A stretch of 64,000 bases of DNA from an archaeon. GTDB taxonomy: Archaea; Nanobdellota; Nanobdellia; Pacearchaeales; GW2011-AR1. Under the pieces are notes generated by a model. That model did no database searches. It was not told the origin of the DNA and saw only the letters and a list, made by a program, of their open reading frames with translations. The translations under genes and the position numbers were made by a program. The DNA is taken from positions 27,082-91,081 of the forward strand of contig JAZDPV010000018.1 in NCBI GenBank assembly GCA_043797265.1. Reading direction: 5' to 3'. This document shows positions 48,132 through 56,890 of this stretch, piece by piece; positions within the stretch are counted from its first letter, which is position 1, and each line of letters opens with the position of its first letter.

Positions 48132-49332
48132 AAAAGAGAGTGTGAAGTATTCGTTGAATAATATTTGGAAGAGTAAGGCGAGGAGTATCCTTACTGTTTT
48201 GTCGATTTTTGTCGGGATTGCTACGATTTTTATTTTTGTTAGTTTCGGGTGGGGACTTTATGATTATGTCGATGAGTTTACTTCTTCGTCTTCGGCAGAT
48301 AAGTTGATGATTATGCCAAAAGGGGTTGGGGCTCCAGGGCTGGATAATACATTTAAACTTTTAGATAATGATTTGCGGGCGATTGAAAACACGCCGGGAG
48401 TTTACGAAGCGACTGGGGTATATATGGGCGTCGGGGAAGTTGTACAAAATGATTTGAGGAAGTATGTTTTTGTTACGAGTTATGACCCGGATTTGCCGTT
48501 GGTTATGGAGATTTCTAATATTGATGTGATTGAGGGGCGCGCTCTTCGTGCTGGGGATTCTGGGAAGGTTACGCTTGGATATAATTATTTAGTTAAGAAT
48601 AAAATTTTTCCAAAGGCGTATGCTCTTAATAGCAAGATTGAGGTGCAGGGACAAGAGCTTCGGATTATTGGGTTTTATGAATCTGTTGGTAACCCTCAGG
48701 ATGATTCTAATATTTATGTTACTAATGATTTTATGGCGGAGCTTTATCCTGAAAAGAATCTTTCTTATGGGATGATTCTCGCGCGGGCAGACAAGGACAA
48801 TGTCGATGAGGTTGGGACAAGAGTTGAAAAAAAATTAAGGCAAGAGAGAGGTTTGGACGAGGGAAAAGAAGATTTTACCGTTGATTCGTTTGCTAGTTTA
48901 TTGGAATCTTATATGATTGTTTTGGATATTATTATTGGGTTTATTCTTTTGATTGCGTTTATTTCAATTATTGTGTCGGCGGTTAATACTGCGAACACAA
49001 TGATTACGTCGGTGCTGGAAAGGTTTAAGGAGATTGGGGTTTTGAAATCTATTGGCGCTCGGAATTCTGAGATTTTTAAAATATTTTTATTTGAGTCTGG
49101 GTTTCTTGGATTTGTTGCTGGCGTTATTGGGGTTTTGGCTGGATGGGGTGCGACAAATTTAGGGGCGAGAGTTTTGGATAATCTTGGATATGGTTTTCTT
49201 AGTCCGCATTATTCTTGGACTTTGTTTGTTGGATGTATTTTATTTGCGACGCTGACTGGGGCGATTTCTGGAGTTGTGCCGGCGTGGAGAGCGAGCAAGA
49301 TTAATGCCGTGGATGCGTTGAGATATGAGTAG
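48121..49332 (+). CDS. MacB/FtsX-like ABC permease
   Basis: RSILTVLSIFVG, SVLERFKEIGVLKSIGA, DALRYE. Confidence 0.93.
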   Translation: MVIRKESVKYSLNNIWKSKARSILTVLSIFVGIATIFIFVSFGWGLYDYVDEFTSSSSADKLMIMPKGVGAPGLDNTFKLLDNDLRAIENTPGVYEATGVYMGVGEVVQNDLRKYVFVTSYDPDLPLVMEISNIDVIEGRALRAGDSGKVTLGYNYLVKNKIFPKAYALNSKIEVQGQELRIIGFYESVGNPQDDSNIYVTNDFMAELYPEKNLSYGMILARADKDNVDEVGTRVEKKLRQERGLDEGKEDFTVDSFASLLESYMIVLDIIIGFILLIAFISIIVSAVNTANTMITSVLERFKEIGVLKSIGARNSEIFKIFLFESGFLGFVAGVIGVLAGWGATNLGARVLDNLGYGFLSPHYSWTLFVGCILFATLTGAISGVVPAWRASKINAVDALRYE

Positions 49333-49334
49333 AA

Positions 49335-50168
49335 TTATTTTTTGTTTTTGGATTTTTTTCGTCTCTTGTAAACCCAATAAACAATGCCCACGATTATTAT
49401 AATTGAAACGATGTATGTCCAGATTGACGTTGTTGATTGGTCGGCTTTTCGGTCTGTGAAATATGCTGAATCGAAAGTTATTGTTTTTGTGATGGTTCGT
49501 CGCACGTTTATCGCGTCGGAATATGTTAACTCTAATGTTATTTCTCCGTCGGATGGAATTGCTTCGAAATCTGCTGTCGTGTATTCATTTGAATCGAGGT
49601 CCCCGACGATGTTCCGGCTTGCGCCTTTTATTATTATATTTTCTTGTTTTGGTATTTCGATTGTCAGAGCTTCGATGTTGGATTCTTTGACATTTAAAAT
49701 TTCTAATGTTAATTCGTTTGTTGTGTAGTCATAGTTTTTGATGCTTACTTCGAAATCTGCTCGGACGTCTTCGATTTCGAGATTAAACGTTGCTATTTGC
49801 GGAGCGTCTCCTTTGTTTTGCATTTTGGCTTCGATTGGGTTCGCGCCGTTAAGCGCTTCCGGGTCGACTCTCACTTCATATGGGACCAATATGCTTGATT
49901 GATAGTTTCTAATGTAATCTGTTTGGTCAAATTTTCTTAGACCTAATTCGCCTGGGTTGAATTTTATTGGATAGTTTTCGAGGAGGTTGAATGTTATGTC
50001 GTTGCAATCCGCGCCGTTTATTCCTTCGATTTGGAAAACGAGTTTGACGTAGTCGCCGGGAACGGCTGGGTATGGATCTTGATTAAGCAGCGTTGTTGTT
50101 AAATCGCATGCTGCCGACGCTATTGTTAATGATAGCATTAGTAAAATTGGTATTGCTCTTTTTTTCAT
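49335..50168 (-). CDS. Secreted COG1361/S-layer-like protein with C-terminal TM anchor
   Basis: Signal peptide, QDPYPAVPGDYV, IVGDLDS, C-terminal TM + KRRKK. Confidence 0.65.
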   Translation of the reverse strand: MKKRAIPILLMLSLTIASAACDLTTTLLNQDPYPAVPGDYVKLVFQIEGINGADCNDITFNLLENYPIKFNPGELGLRKFDQTDYIRNYQSSILVPYEVRVDPEALNGANPIEAKMQNKGDAPQIATFNLEIEDVRADFEVSIKNYDYTTNELTLEILNVKESNIEALTIEIPKQENIIIKGASRNIVGDLDSNEYTTADFEAIPSDGEITLELTYSDAINVRRTITKTITFDSAYFTDRKADQSTTSIWTYIVSIIIIVGIVYWVYKRRKKSKNKK

Positions 50169-50299
50169 TGTGATATTTATCAAAGTTTATATTTAAGGTT
50201 TGTGATTATTATTTGTATGTAAAAATTTAAAAAGCATATTCGACAGGGAGATGACTAAGTAAGTTGAAGACTTTGGTTTTCATTTTACTAAGTAAAAAG

Positions 50300-50596
50300 A
50301 TGGTGAAGAAATGTATTTATTGTTCTGCGAAGATTAATGATGGTTCGGTCGTGGATATGTGCGATGGGTGCATGTATCAGGTTTGGGGGGAGAAGATGGC
50401 GAGGGCGATTGTTGAGAATATGGAAAAGGAAAGGGTAAAAGGGAATTTAAATCTGGGAAATGTCGGTGGGATATTGGGTGCTGGGCGAATTGGCGAGGCT
50501 GGAAGAAATTTTAGGGAATCTCTCCCGGAGATTAAGGTTGAAGAAATTGACGCCGAAGATGCGCGGGATGGGTTTGTTTTTGAGAAAGGTTTTTAA
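50300..50596 (+). CDS. Hypothetical zinc-finger protein
   Basis: CIYC...CDGC..VWGEKM. Confidence 0.55.
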   Translation: MVKKCIYCSAKINDGSVVDMCDGCMYQVWGEKMARAIVENMEKERVKGNLNLGNVGGILGAGRIGEAGRNFRESLPEIKVEEIDAEDARDGFVFEKGF

Positions 50597-50667
50597 ATGA
50601 GATTTTTGTTGGGTTGTTAGGATAGAAATGTCCGAGTGTTACAGCGAATGGTTCTGTAATTTTTAAA

Positions 50668-50919
50668 ATGGCGAGGCTGAGAAAACATGTTAGAGAGAAT
50701 GGGAAGGTAAGGCTTAGTGGGTACTTTAAAAAATTTGATGACGGGAGCAGAGTTGGGGTTGTGATGGATTGTGGAGTTCGGGCTTCGTTCCCGAGGAGAT
50801 TGCGCGGGATGAGTGGAGAAGTCGCCGGGAGCCGTGGGAATTTTAAATTAATTAAAATAAAGGACGGGAACAAACTGAAAACCTTTGTTATTCATCCTGT
50901 TCATTTGAGGAAGTTGTAA
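50668..50919 (+). CDS. rpl21e: 50S ribosomal protein L21e
   Basis: G..G.V.GSRG, IKDGNK.K.FVIHPVHL; precedes rpoF. Confidence 0.88.
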   Translation: MARLRKHVRENGKVRLSGYFKKFDDGSRVGVVMDCGVRASFPRRLRGMSGEVAGSRGNFKLIKIKDGNKLKTFVIHPVHLRKL

Positions 50920-51225
50920 ATGGCGGTGAAAGAAGAGACGCCGATTACTTTGGCTGAAGTTGTGGCTTCTGTTGGAGATTCTGATAAAGCCGTTGCTATC
51001 AAAAAATTTATTAAAGATTTTAATAGGATGAACATCGAGAAAGCGAGAGAGATAAGGGGCGCATTGAAGGGACTTGATTTGATTAAACTTAAAGATGAGC
51101 ATATTGTAAAAATTGTTGATTTTATGCCGAGTGATGCGACCGAGTTAAATAAAGTTCTTGTAGAAGTTTCGCTGGACGGGGAAGAAGTAACTAAAATTCT
51201 GGAAGTTGTGAAAAACTTCAAATAG
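50920..51225 (+). CDS. rpoF: RNA polymerase subunit F (Rpo4)
   Basis: PITLAEV, KIVDFMP...EL; L21e-rpoF-DUF655 synteny. Confidence 0.85.
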   Translation: MAVKEETPITLAEVVASVGDSDKAVAIKKFIKDFNRMNIEKAREIRGALKGLDLIKLKDEHIVKIVDFMPSDATELNKVLVEVSLDGEEVTKILEVVKNFK

Positions 51226-51234
51226 GCGATGGTG

Positions 51235-51360
51235 AAAGTAACATTAGAAATGTTTCATGTAGTCGCTTGCCCAGCCGTGGAGGTGGAAAATGACTAAAGT
51301 AACATTAGAAATGTTTCATGTAGTCGTTTGTCCAATTGCGGAGGTGGAAAATGACTAAAG
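51235..51360 (+). repeat. 61-bp tandem duplication carrying two 22-aa bridging mini-ORFs (51229-51297, 51290-51358)
   Basis: AAAGTAACATTAGAAATGTTTCATGTAGTCG...GGAGGTGGAAAATGACT twice. Confidence 0.85.
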
Positions 51361-51887
51361 AAGAGCATGCAATTATTTTAGATTTTTTACCTTATGGTTA
51401 TCCATTGGATAAAAAAATGATGCCGTTGGCTCAGGCGATTGGAGTGGCTGGGCTCACGCTTTTACAATTAGTGCCTCGACGCGGGGAACGATTTGAAATC
51501 GGGGAGAAGGTTTATATCGGCGAGGGGAAGCGAGACAAGGTGCAATATATTCTTGGCAGATGTCCTCGGGAAAAGTTGACTGAGACGGCGAAGGTTCAAT
51601 TGGAAAGTTTTGTTGAGGAAATTGTTAAAGGTAATGAAGAAAGATTTGTGAAATTTTTTAATGAAGCACAAGCTATAAATACCCGACTTCACCAGTTTGA
51701 GTTGCTTCCTGGACTTGGGAAAAAGCATACCAAGGCGATTCTTGATGCCCGTGGCGAGAAGATGTTTGAATCTTTTGATGATATTAAGAAGCGAGTTTAT
51801 AATATGCCGGTGCCGGGGAAAATTATTGAGAAAAGAATTATGGAGGAATTGACAGAAATGCAAAGACATAATCTGTTTGTATTTTGA
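51351..51887 (+). CDS. DUF655 family RNA-binding protein
   Basis: ILDFLP.G, AQAIG, VYIG.G.R.K, RLHQFELLPGLGKK. Confidence 0.9.
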   Translation: MTKEEHAIILDFLPYGYPLDKKMMPLAQAIGVAGLTLLQLVPRRGERFEIGEKVYIGEGKRDKVQYILGRCPREKLTETAKVQLESFVEEIVKGNEERFVKFFNEAQAINTRLHQFELLPGLGKKHTKAILDARGEKMFESFDDIKKRVYNMPVPGKIIEKRIMEELTEMQRHNLFVF

Positions 51888-52381
51888 TGGAAGAAAAGAA
51901 AAAATTTGAGAAGAAAGAGAAAGACGATGTTATACTGGTTAGAGTGCTCGGGCGGGATATTCGTGGAGATATTAAGTTGAGTTCTGCTTTGACGAAAATT
52001 AAGGGAATTTCTTGGATGTTTTCTAACGCTGTTTGTAAGATTTTGGACATGGATAAAAACAAAAGAATTCAAGATTTTGACAAGAAGGAACTGGCAAGGA
52101 TTGAAGAATTTATGAAGAGTCCTGACGTGCCGGGGTTTTTGAAAAATCGGCGGAAGGATTTTGACGACGGGAAAGACAGACATATTAGCGGCGTTGATTT
52201 GAAGCTGAGAACTGAGTTTGATGTGAAGAGACTGAGAAAAATTCGTTCTTATCGCGGGGGAAGGCATGCTGTGAATTTGCCGGTTAGGGGACAAAAAACA
52301 AGGTCGCATTTTAGACATAATAGGAAACCGTCTGTTGCGAGTGCTAAAAAAAATAGAAAACAGGATGGGAGTTCTAAATGA
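51887..52381 (+). CDS. rps13: 30S ribosomal protein S13
   Basis: LTKIKGI, NRRKD, YRG.RH..NLPVRGQKTRS. Confidence 0.96.
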   Translation: MEEKKKFEKKEKDDVILVRVLGRDIRGDIKLSSALTKIKGISWMFSNAVCKILDMDKNKRIQDFDKKELARIEEFMKSPDVPGFLKNRRKDFDDGKDRHISGVDLKLRTEFDVKRLRKIRSYRGGRHAVNLPVRGQKTRSHFRHNRKPSVASAKKNRKQDGSSK

Positions 52382-52422
52382 TTAAATTTTTTGGGAGGAT
52401 GATTTCTGATGGGCGATATTAA
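52378..52422 (+). other. Bridging mini-ORF (14 aa) between rps13 and rps4
   Basis: ATGA overlap; MIKFFGRMISDGRY*; stop overlaps S4 ATG 52409. Confidence 0.45.
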
Positions 52423-52927
52423 GAAAAAACGGAAGTTGTTTAGCCGGCCAAAGAAACCGTTTGATAGAGCAAGGATGGATGAGGAGAATGTTTTGATAAA
52501 AAAATATGGATTGAAAAATAAGCGTGAGATTTGGAAAGCAAAAAGCGCTGTGTCGAAATTCAGACGGAGAGCGAAGGATTTAATTGGGGAGGACGCTGGG
52601 GAGCAACAGATTTTTTTTGATAAGTTGAACAGGATGGGATTTAATGTCCATAGTATCGCTGACGTTTTGGCTTTGACTGAAGAAAATTTATTTGAGAGAA
52701 GATTGCAGACTTTTTTGTTCAAGAAAAAAATGGCGAACACCGCAAGACAGGCGAGGCAGTTAATTGTTCATAAAAACGTTTTGGTCGACGGGAAAACTGT
52801 GAATATACCTTCCTTTGTTGTGACAAAAGAATTTGAGGGAAAAATTGCTGTTAGACCTAAACGAGAAAAACAAGAAAAGAAAGTGGATGAAACCAGAGGG
52901 GAGGTTGTTAAAGATGGCGAAGAGTGA
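52409..52927 (+). CDS. rps4: 30S ribosomal protein S4
   Basis: MGD, YGLKNKREIW, ERRLQT, ARQLIVH. Confidence 0.96.
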   Translation: MGDIKKKRKLFSRPKKPFDRARMDEENVLIKKYGLKNKREIWKAKSAVSKFRRRAKDLIGEDAGEQQIFFDKLNRMGFNVHSIADVLALTEENLFERRLQTFLFKKKMANTARQARQLIVHKNVLVDGKTVNIPSFVVTKEFEGKIAVRPKREKQEKKVDETRGEVVKDGEE

Positions 52928-53300
52928 GGAGAATGTTGGGATATTGAGTATTTATGCGAGTTTTAATAATACAATTGCGACGATGACAGATTTGGCGGGG
53001 AACACGATTGGGCGGGTTTCCGGCGGACAGATTACGAAGCATGATAGAATGAGGGCAAACCCGACGATTGCGATGTTTATTGCGAAAAGGATACAGGATG
53101 TTTGTCGAGATTATAAGATTAAGGATTTGTATGTGAGGATGAAGGGGCAGACGGGAGCGAGCGGGATTGGGCCGGGGGCGCATGCGATTGTTAAGACATT
53201 AACAAAAGAAGGATTTAGGATTTTGAGTATTACTGAGACGACTGCTGTTCCTCGTGGCGGGCCGAAGAAGAAGGGCGGGAGAAGAGGGAGGCGAGTTTAA
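52914..53300 (+). CDS. rps11: 30S ribosomal protein S11
   Basis: IYASFNNT..TDL.G, GPGA, GGRRGRRV. Confidence 0.96.
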   Translation: MAKSEENVGILSIYASFNNTIATMTDLAGNTIGRVSGGQITKHDRMRANPTIAMFIAKRIQDVCRDYKIKDLYVRMKGQTGASGIGPGAHAIVKTLTKEGFRILSITETTAVPRGGPKKKGGRRGRRV

Positions 53301-53410
53301 TGAAATCAAAGATTTTATTATGGTGGTCTGCATTTGGTCTTCGGTGGCTGGAGATAAATAACAAGTATAAATTTATAAATTGGGAAATGGATGGAACGAT
53401 ATGGAAATGA
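53300..53410 (+). other. Bridging mini-ORF (36 aa) between rps11 and rpoD
   Basis: TAATG overlap; MKSKILLWWSAFGLRWLEINNKYKFINWEMDGTIWK*; TGA overlaps ATG 53407; hairpin AATGAAATC-AAA-GATTTTATT. Confidence 0.6.
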
Positions 53411-54108
53411 TTGAGAATAGCGACGAGAGAATGGTTTTTGTTGGTGATGTCGATGTGAGTTTGGCGAATGCGATTCGGAGAAGCGTGGGAGAAATCCCGA
53501 TTTTGGCGATTGACGAATGTGATATTTACAAAAATGATTCGGCGCTTTATGATGAAATTATTGCTCATCGGCTTGGGCTTGTAAGCTTGAAGAACCAGAA
53601 GATGAAGTCGGGGCAGAGTGTTGAAATGAAGATGAAAGCAAAAGGGAAAGGTGATGGGATTGAAGTTATGGCTGGGCTGCTTGGTGATGATATTATTTAT
53701 CCTGAGACCCCGATTGTTTTGCTTGGGGACAAACAAGAGCTTGAGTTGGTTGCGAGGGCTAAAGCCGGGAAGGGGAATGAGCATGCGAAGTTTATGCCGG
53801 GGGTTATTTTTTATAAGCATTTGCCGAAGATTAAAGTTTCGGGTGAGGGGGAAAAGCATAGTGAGTTAGCGAATTTATATCCTGATGTTTTTGAAATGTT
53901 TGGGGATAAATTAAGGGTTAAGAATGCTGCGGCCTGTGATTTTGACGACGAGGACATGAAAAATTATCCTGGGGTTAATATTGAGTTTGGCGACGATTTG
54001 GTTTTTATGATTGAATCGTGGGGGCAGATTGGAGTTAAGGATGTTTTTATTGAAGCATGTAAGGCTTTGAAAGGAAATCTTTCTGAAGTCTTGAAAGTAG
54101 TTAAATAA
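53401..54108 (+). CDS. rpoD: RNA polymerase subunit D (Rpo3)
   Basis: ANAIRR, NDSALYDEIIAHRLGL, EHAKF, ESWGQ; start 53401 or 53407. Confidence 0.95.
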   Translation: MEMIENSDERMVFVGDVDVSLANAIRRSVGEIPILAIDECDIYKNDSALYDEIIAHRLGLVSLKNQKMKSGQSVEMKMKAKGKGDGIEVMAGLLGDDIIYPETPIVLLGDKQELELVARAKAGKGNEHAKFMPGVIFYKHLPKIKVSGEGEKHSELANLYPDVFEMFGDKLRVKNAAACDFDDEDMKNYPGVNIEFGDDLVFMIESWGQIGVKDVFIEACKALKGNLSEVLKVVK

Positions 54109-54147
54109 GTGTTGGATATTTTATCTAATATTTTGTCCGCGGGTAGT

Positions 54148-54230
54148 GAGGAAATGCCGGAGTGGTCAAACGGGGCGCGTTAAGGGCGCGTTGGCTTATG
54201 CCTGCGGGGGTTCGAATCCTCCTTTCCTCA
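54148..54230 (+). tRNA. tRNA-Leu with AAG anticodon
   Basis: Colinear with tRNA-Leu(CAA); anticodon arm GCGCG-TTAAGGG-CGCGT. Confidence 0.85.
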
Positions 54231-54393
54231 TATGGACGGAGAATTCGAAACACGGGGTTCGATACCCCTTCGGGGCACGAGGACCTGCGAGCAGGTACCC
54301 CTTCGGGGCACGAGGACCTGCGAGCAGGTACCCCTTCGGGGCACGAGGACCTCTTCGAGGATCCTCTTTTCCTCATATGGACGGAGAATTCGA
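54216..54393 (+). repeat. 33-bp direct repeats (tRNA 3' end + flank) enclosing 2.7 x 33-bp hairpin tandem repeat
   Basis: ATCCTCYTTTCCTCATATGGACGGAGAATTCGA at 54216 and 54361; unit TACCCCTTCGGGGCACGAGGACCTGCGAGCAGG at 54263, 54296, 54329 (partial). Confidence 0.9.
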
Positions 54394-54402
54394 TAAAACA
54401 AA

Positions 54403-54765
54403 ATGGAAATAAAAATAAGTAAAACAAAAATTGAGAAGCGAATGAAACGCAAAATGGATGTTTCGTTAGTTGAAACTATAATTAGGTTGAAGAAAACGAA
54501 CCCCGTCGTGGCGAAAGAGTTGGCGCGGCCGAAGCGTCGGTGGCCTGCTGTGAATTTGAAAGATATTGATATGGTCAAGGGCGATGTGTTAATTGTGGGA
54601 AAAGTTTTGAGTGCGGGGGATTTGAGTGGGGCGAAGAAGATTGTGGCATGGGCGGCGTCGGGGAAAGCGCTTGAGAAAATAAAGGGAGTGAAGGGAAGTT
54701 TTGTTACGATTGTTGACGAGATGAAAAAGAATCCTGAATTAAATGGTTTTGATATTTTGAGATAA
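54403..54765 (+). CDS. rpl18e: 50S ribosomal protein L18e
   Basis: LARPKRR..VNL..I, VGKVLSAG, SGKALEKI. Confidence 0.9.
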   Translation: MEIKISKTKIEKRMKRKMDVSLVETIIRLKKTNPVVAKELARPKRRWPAVNLKDIDMVKGDVLIVGKVLSAGDLSGAKKIVAWAASGKALEKIKGVKGSFVTIVDEMKKNPELNGFDILR

Positions 54766-54986
54766 TGGGAGAGGTAGAATATTCTGGGATTGTGCAGGTG
54801 AGGGCGCGAGATGGGGATGTTACAAATTATTTTTTTCATGATTATCCTTCGTTCATTTTTGCGGCTGATTTTGGGAATGAACCTTGTGGGGAAGAGAGAA
54901 GGTCTTGTTTAGAGGATGGCCTAGTGCCAGAAAAATTATTGGAACAATATGTTGAAATTAGCAGATGGAGGAAGTGGGGGGAATGA
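54765..54986 (+). CDS. 73-aa orphan ORF bridging rpl18e and rpl13
   Basis: TAATG overlap at 5' end and ATGA overlap at 3' end; no recognisable family. Confidence 0.6.
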   Translation: MGEVEYSGIVQVRARDGDVTNYFFHDYPSFIFAADFGNEPCGEERRSCLEDGLVPEKLLEQYVEISRWRKWGE

Positions 54987-55396
54987 TAAAAATAATTTAT
55001 GATGGCGAGGGTTGTGTTTTTGGTAGGTTGGCGTCGGTGGTTGCTAAGGATTTGTTGAAGGGGGATTTTGTTGATGTGATTAATTGTGAGAGGGTTGTTA
55101 TTTCGGGGGACAAGAAATTATTTGTTGAGAAAATTTTAGCGAAGAGGAGAATGGGGAGTGGTGGTTCATTGAAGGGACCGAAATATATTCGGCAATCGGA
55201 CAGATTGGTTAAGAGGATGATTCGTGGGATGTTGCCGTGGGACCGGGCGAGGGGGCGCGGGGCATTTAAGAGATTGAGATGTTATGTTGGGGATGGTGGC
55301 TTGAAAGATGAGGATTTGAAAAATATTGTTAAATTAAGCCACAAGAAGCCGATGAAATATTTTGCGATTAAAGAAGCCATGGAGTTGTTGAAATGA
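54983..55396 (+). CDS. rpl13: 50S ribosomal protein L13
   Basis: GRLASVVAK, NCE..VISG, RMIRGMLP..RGR.A..RL. Confidence 0.96.
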   Translation: MIKIIYDGEGCVFGRLASVVAKDLLKGDFVDVINCERVVISGDKKLFVEKILAKRRMGSGGSLKGPKYIRQSDRLVKRMIRGMLPWDRARGRGAFKRLRCYVGDGGLKDEDLKNIVKLSHKKPMKYFAIKEAMELLK

Positions 55397-55797
55397 TGGA
55401 TAAAATTATTGTTTCGGGGAAGAGGAAGACTGCGATTGCGAAGGCGACGATTGAAGCGGGTGATGGGGTTGTAACTTTTAATAAGAGGCCGTTGAATTTT
55501 TTGACAGAGATGCAGAGGTTGGAGATTAGTGAGCCGTTAATTATTGCGAAGAATGTTCTTGGAAGTTTAAATTTTAATATTGCCTTGAATGTTAAGGGTG
55601 GTGGTATAGAGTGTCAAGTTGAGGCTGGGCGGTTGGCGATTGCGAAGGCGATTGTGAAATTTGTTGGGAACGAAAATCTTAGAAATGCTTTTTTGGCTTA
55701 TGATAGAAACATGTTGGTTGCCGATACCCGACGGAAAGAGACATGTAAACCCGGGGATTCGAAGGCGAGGGCGATGAGGCAGACGAGTTTCCGTTGA
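55393..55797 (+). CDS. rps9: 30S ribosomal protein S9
   Basis: SGKRKTAIA, VKGGG, YDR.MLV.D.R.KE, QTSFR. Confidence 0.96.
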   Translation: MMDKIIVSGKRKTAIAKATIEAGDGVVTFNKRPLNFLTEMQRLEISEPLIIAKNVLGSLNFNIALNVKGGGIECQVEAGRLAIAKAIVKFVGNENLRNAFLAYDRNMLVADTRRKETCKPGDSKARAMRQTSFR

Positions 55798-55818
55798 AAT
55801 AAAAATGTGGTGTTCCGC

Positions 55819-56367
55819 TTAAGATGGGGCTTGGCTTTTTTTTCTCGGTCTTAGATAAGTTTTAAGTTTTCTTTGGACGGCATAGAAAATTTCTGGCGAG
55901 ATGAGTGGTTGATGGTCGGCTTTGTGAATTTTGCCATCGAATTTTATTTCGCCGAGATAGGTCCGGTTTGTGAGGACTTTTTTTAAACCGTTAATTGAAA
56001 GTGAAAAATTTTTTGCGAGAGAATTGAGGGAGTAATTTCTGGCAAGGAATGTTTTAAAGAGAGAATGAACTCGGATTGCGTTTTCATTTGGGATTAGGTT
56101 TCCGTTTGTAACATCGTAGCCAAGTGGTGCTCTTGTTACTAATTTACCGACGCTGGCCATTTTTTGCATCCCTTGTTTTTGTTTCTGCCCTTTTGACTGA
56201 TTGTATTTTCTGAATGTGTCGAGTTTTTCCCAATCAATTTTTTCTGAGATATAATTTTGGAAATCGTATATTTTTTCTGGTGCGAACGCTGCACAAATCC
56301 CGCATAATGGGCTTCCGAATATTGTTTTTTCTTTTTTGTCGATGTAGCCACATTTTTTGCAGGTCAT
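55819..56367 (-). CDS. Zinc finger + serine-recombinase-type DNA-binding domain protein (no catalytic domain)
   Basis: CKKC..CGIC; APLGY, LTNRTYLG, HQPLIS.EIF..VQ. Confidence 0.7.
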   Translation of the reverse strand: MTCKKCGYIDKKEKTIFGSPLCGICAAFAPEKIYDFQNYISEKIDWEKLDTFRKYNQSKGQKQKQGMQKMASVGKLVTRAPLGYDVTNGNLIPNENAIRVHSLFKTFLARNYSLNSLAKNFSLSINGLKKVLTNRTYLGEIKFDGKIHKADHQPLISPEIFYAVQRKLKTYLRPRKKSQAPS

Positions 56368-56416
56368 ATAGTTAGATGAGAGGAGAATTTATAAAATGTT
56401 TTGTGCTGGATTTTTA

Positions 56417-56851
56417 ATGGGAAGAATGTTGAAAATTTTTGGCGTTGTTTTTTTAGTTTTAGTTGTGTTGATTGCTGGGGCTGGATTTTATTTTTATAAT
56501 TATTATGTTTTTAAGACGGTGAGGGTTTGTGTTGGGGAGGGTGCTGATAGTGGGACGTTTTGTAATTTAAGTTCGGATTGCATTGATTTTATCCGTGAGC
56601 AGGGGATTGATATTAATTTAAGTGGTGTACCGGATTTTGTCGACGAGATTTTTCAGAAAATTGTTAATAAGGCAGTTTATTGCAATGACACTTGTTTTGT
56701 TGGGAATGTCCGAGGATTAAGTTCTGATATGCAAAAATTAGGGACGATAGATTCTTGTGAAAATAATGAAGTTGAGTTTGTGATTGATATTCGAGGGAAG
56801 GAAGGAATTGAAATTTTTAGATATTTGAGACAAAGAAATGAAATCGTTTAG
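56417..56851 (+). CDS. Membrane-anchored Cys-rich hypothetical protein
   Basis: N-terminal TM, six Cys. Confidence 0.55.
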   Translation: MGRMLKIFGVVFLVLVVLIAGAGFYFYNYYVFKTVRVCVGEGADSGTFCNLSSDCIDFIREQGIDINLSGVPDFVDEIFQKIVNKAVYCNDTCFVGNVRGLSSDMQKLGTIDSCENNEVEFVIDIRGKEGIEIFRYLRQRNEIV

Positions 56852-56890
56852 TATATAAATTTTTAAAAAGATTATTTTGTTTTTTTTATT

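Noticed and set aside
50600-50667. SRP RNA or other ncRNA before rpl21e
   Set aside because: Only one short stem (TTACAG/CTGTAA); too short and lacks SRP motifs
54174-54192. Reading the tRNA-Leu anticodon as TAA
   Set aside because: Needs G32, a G-G mismatch in the stem and a one-base shift relative to the paralogous tRNA-Leu(CAA)
54263-54360. CRISPR array
   Set aside because: 33-bp units are head-to-tail with no unique spacers, and there are no cas genes in the window
54125-54427. ORFs spanning tRNA-Leu and the 33-bp repeats
   Set aside because: They overlap a tRNA and are open only because the unit length is a multiple of 3
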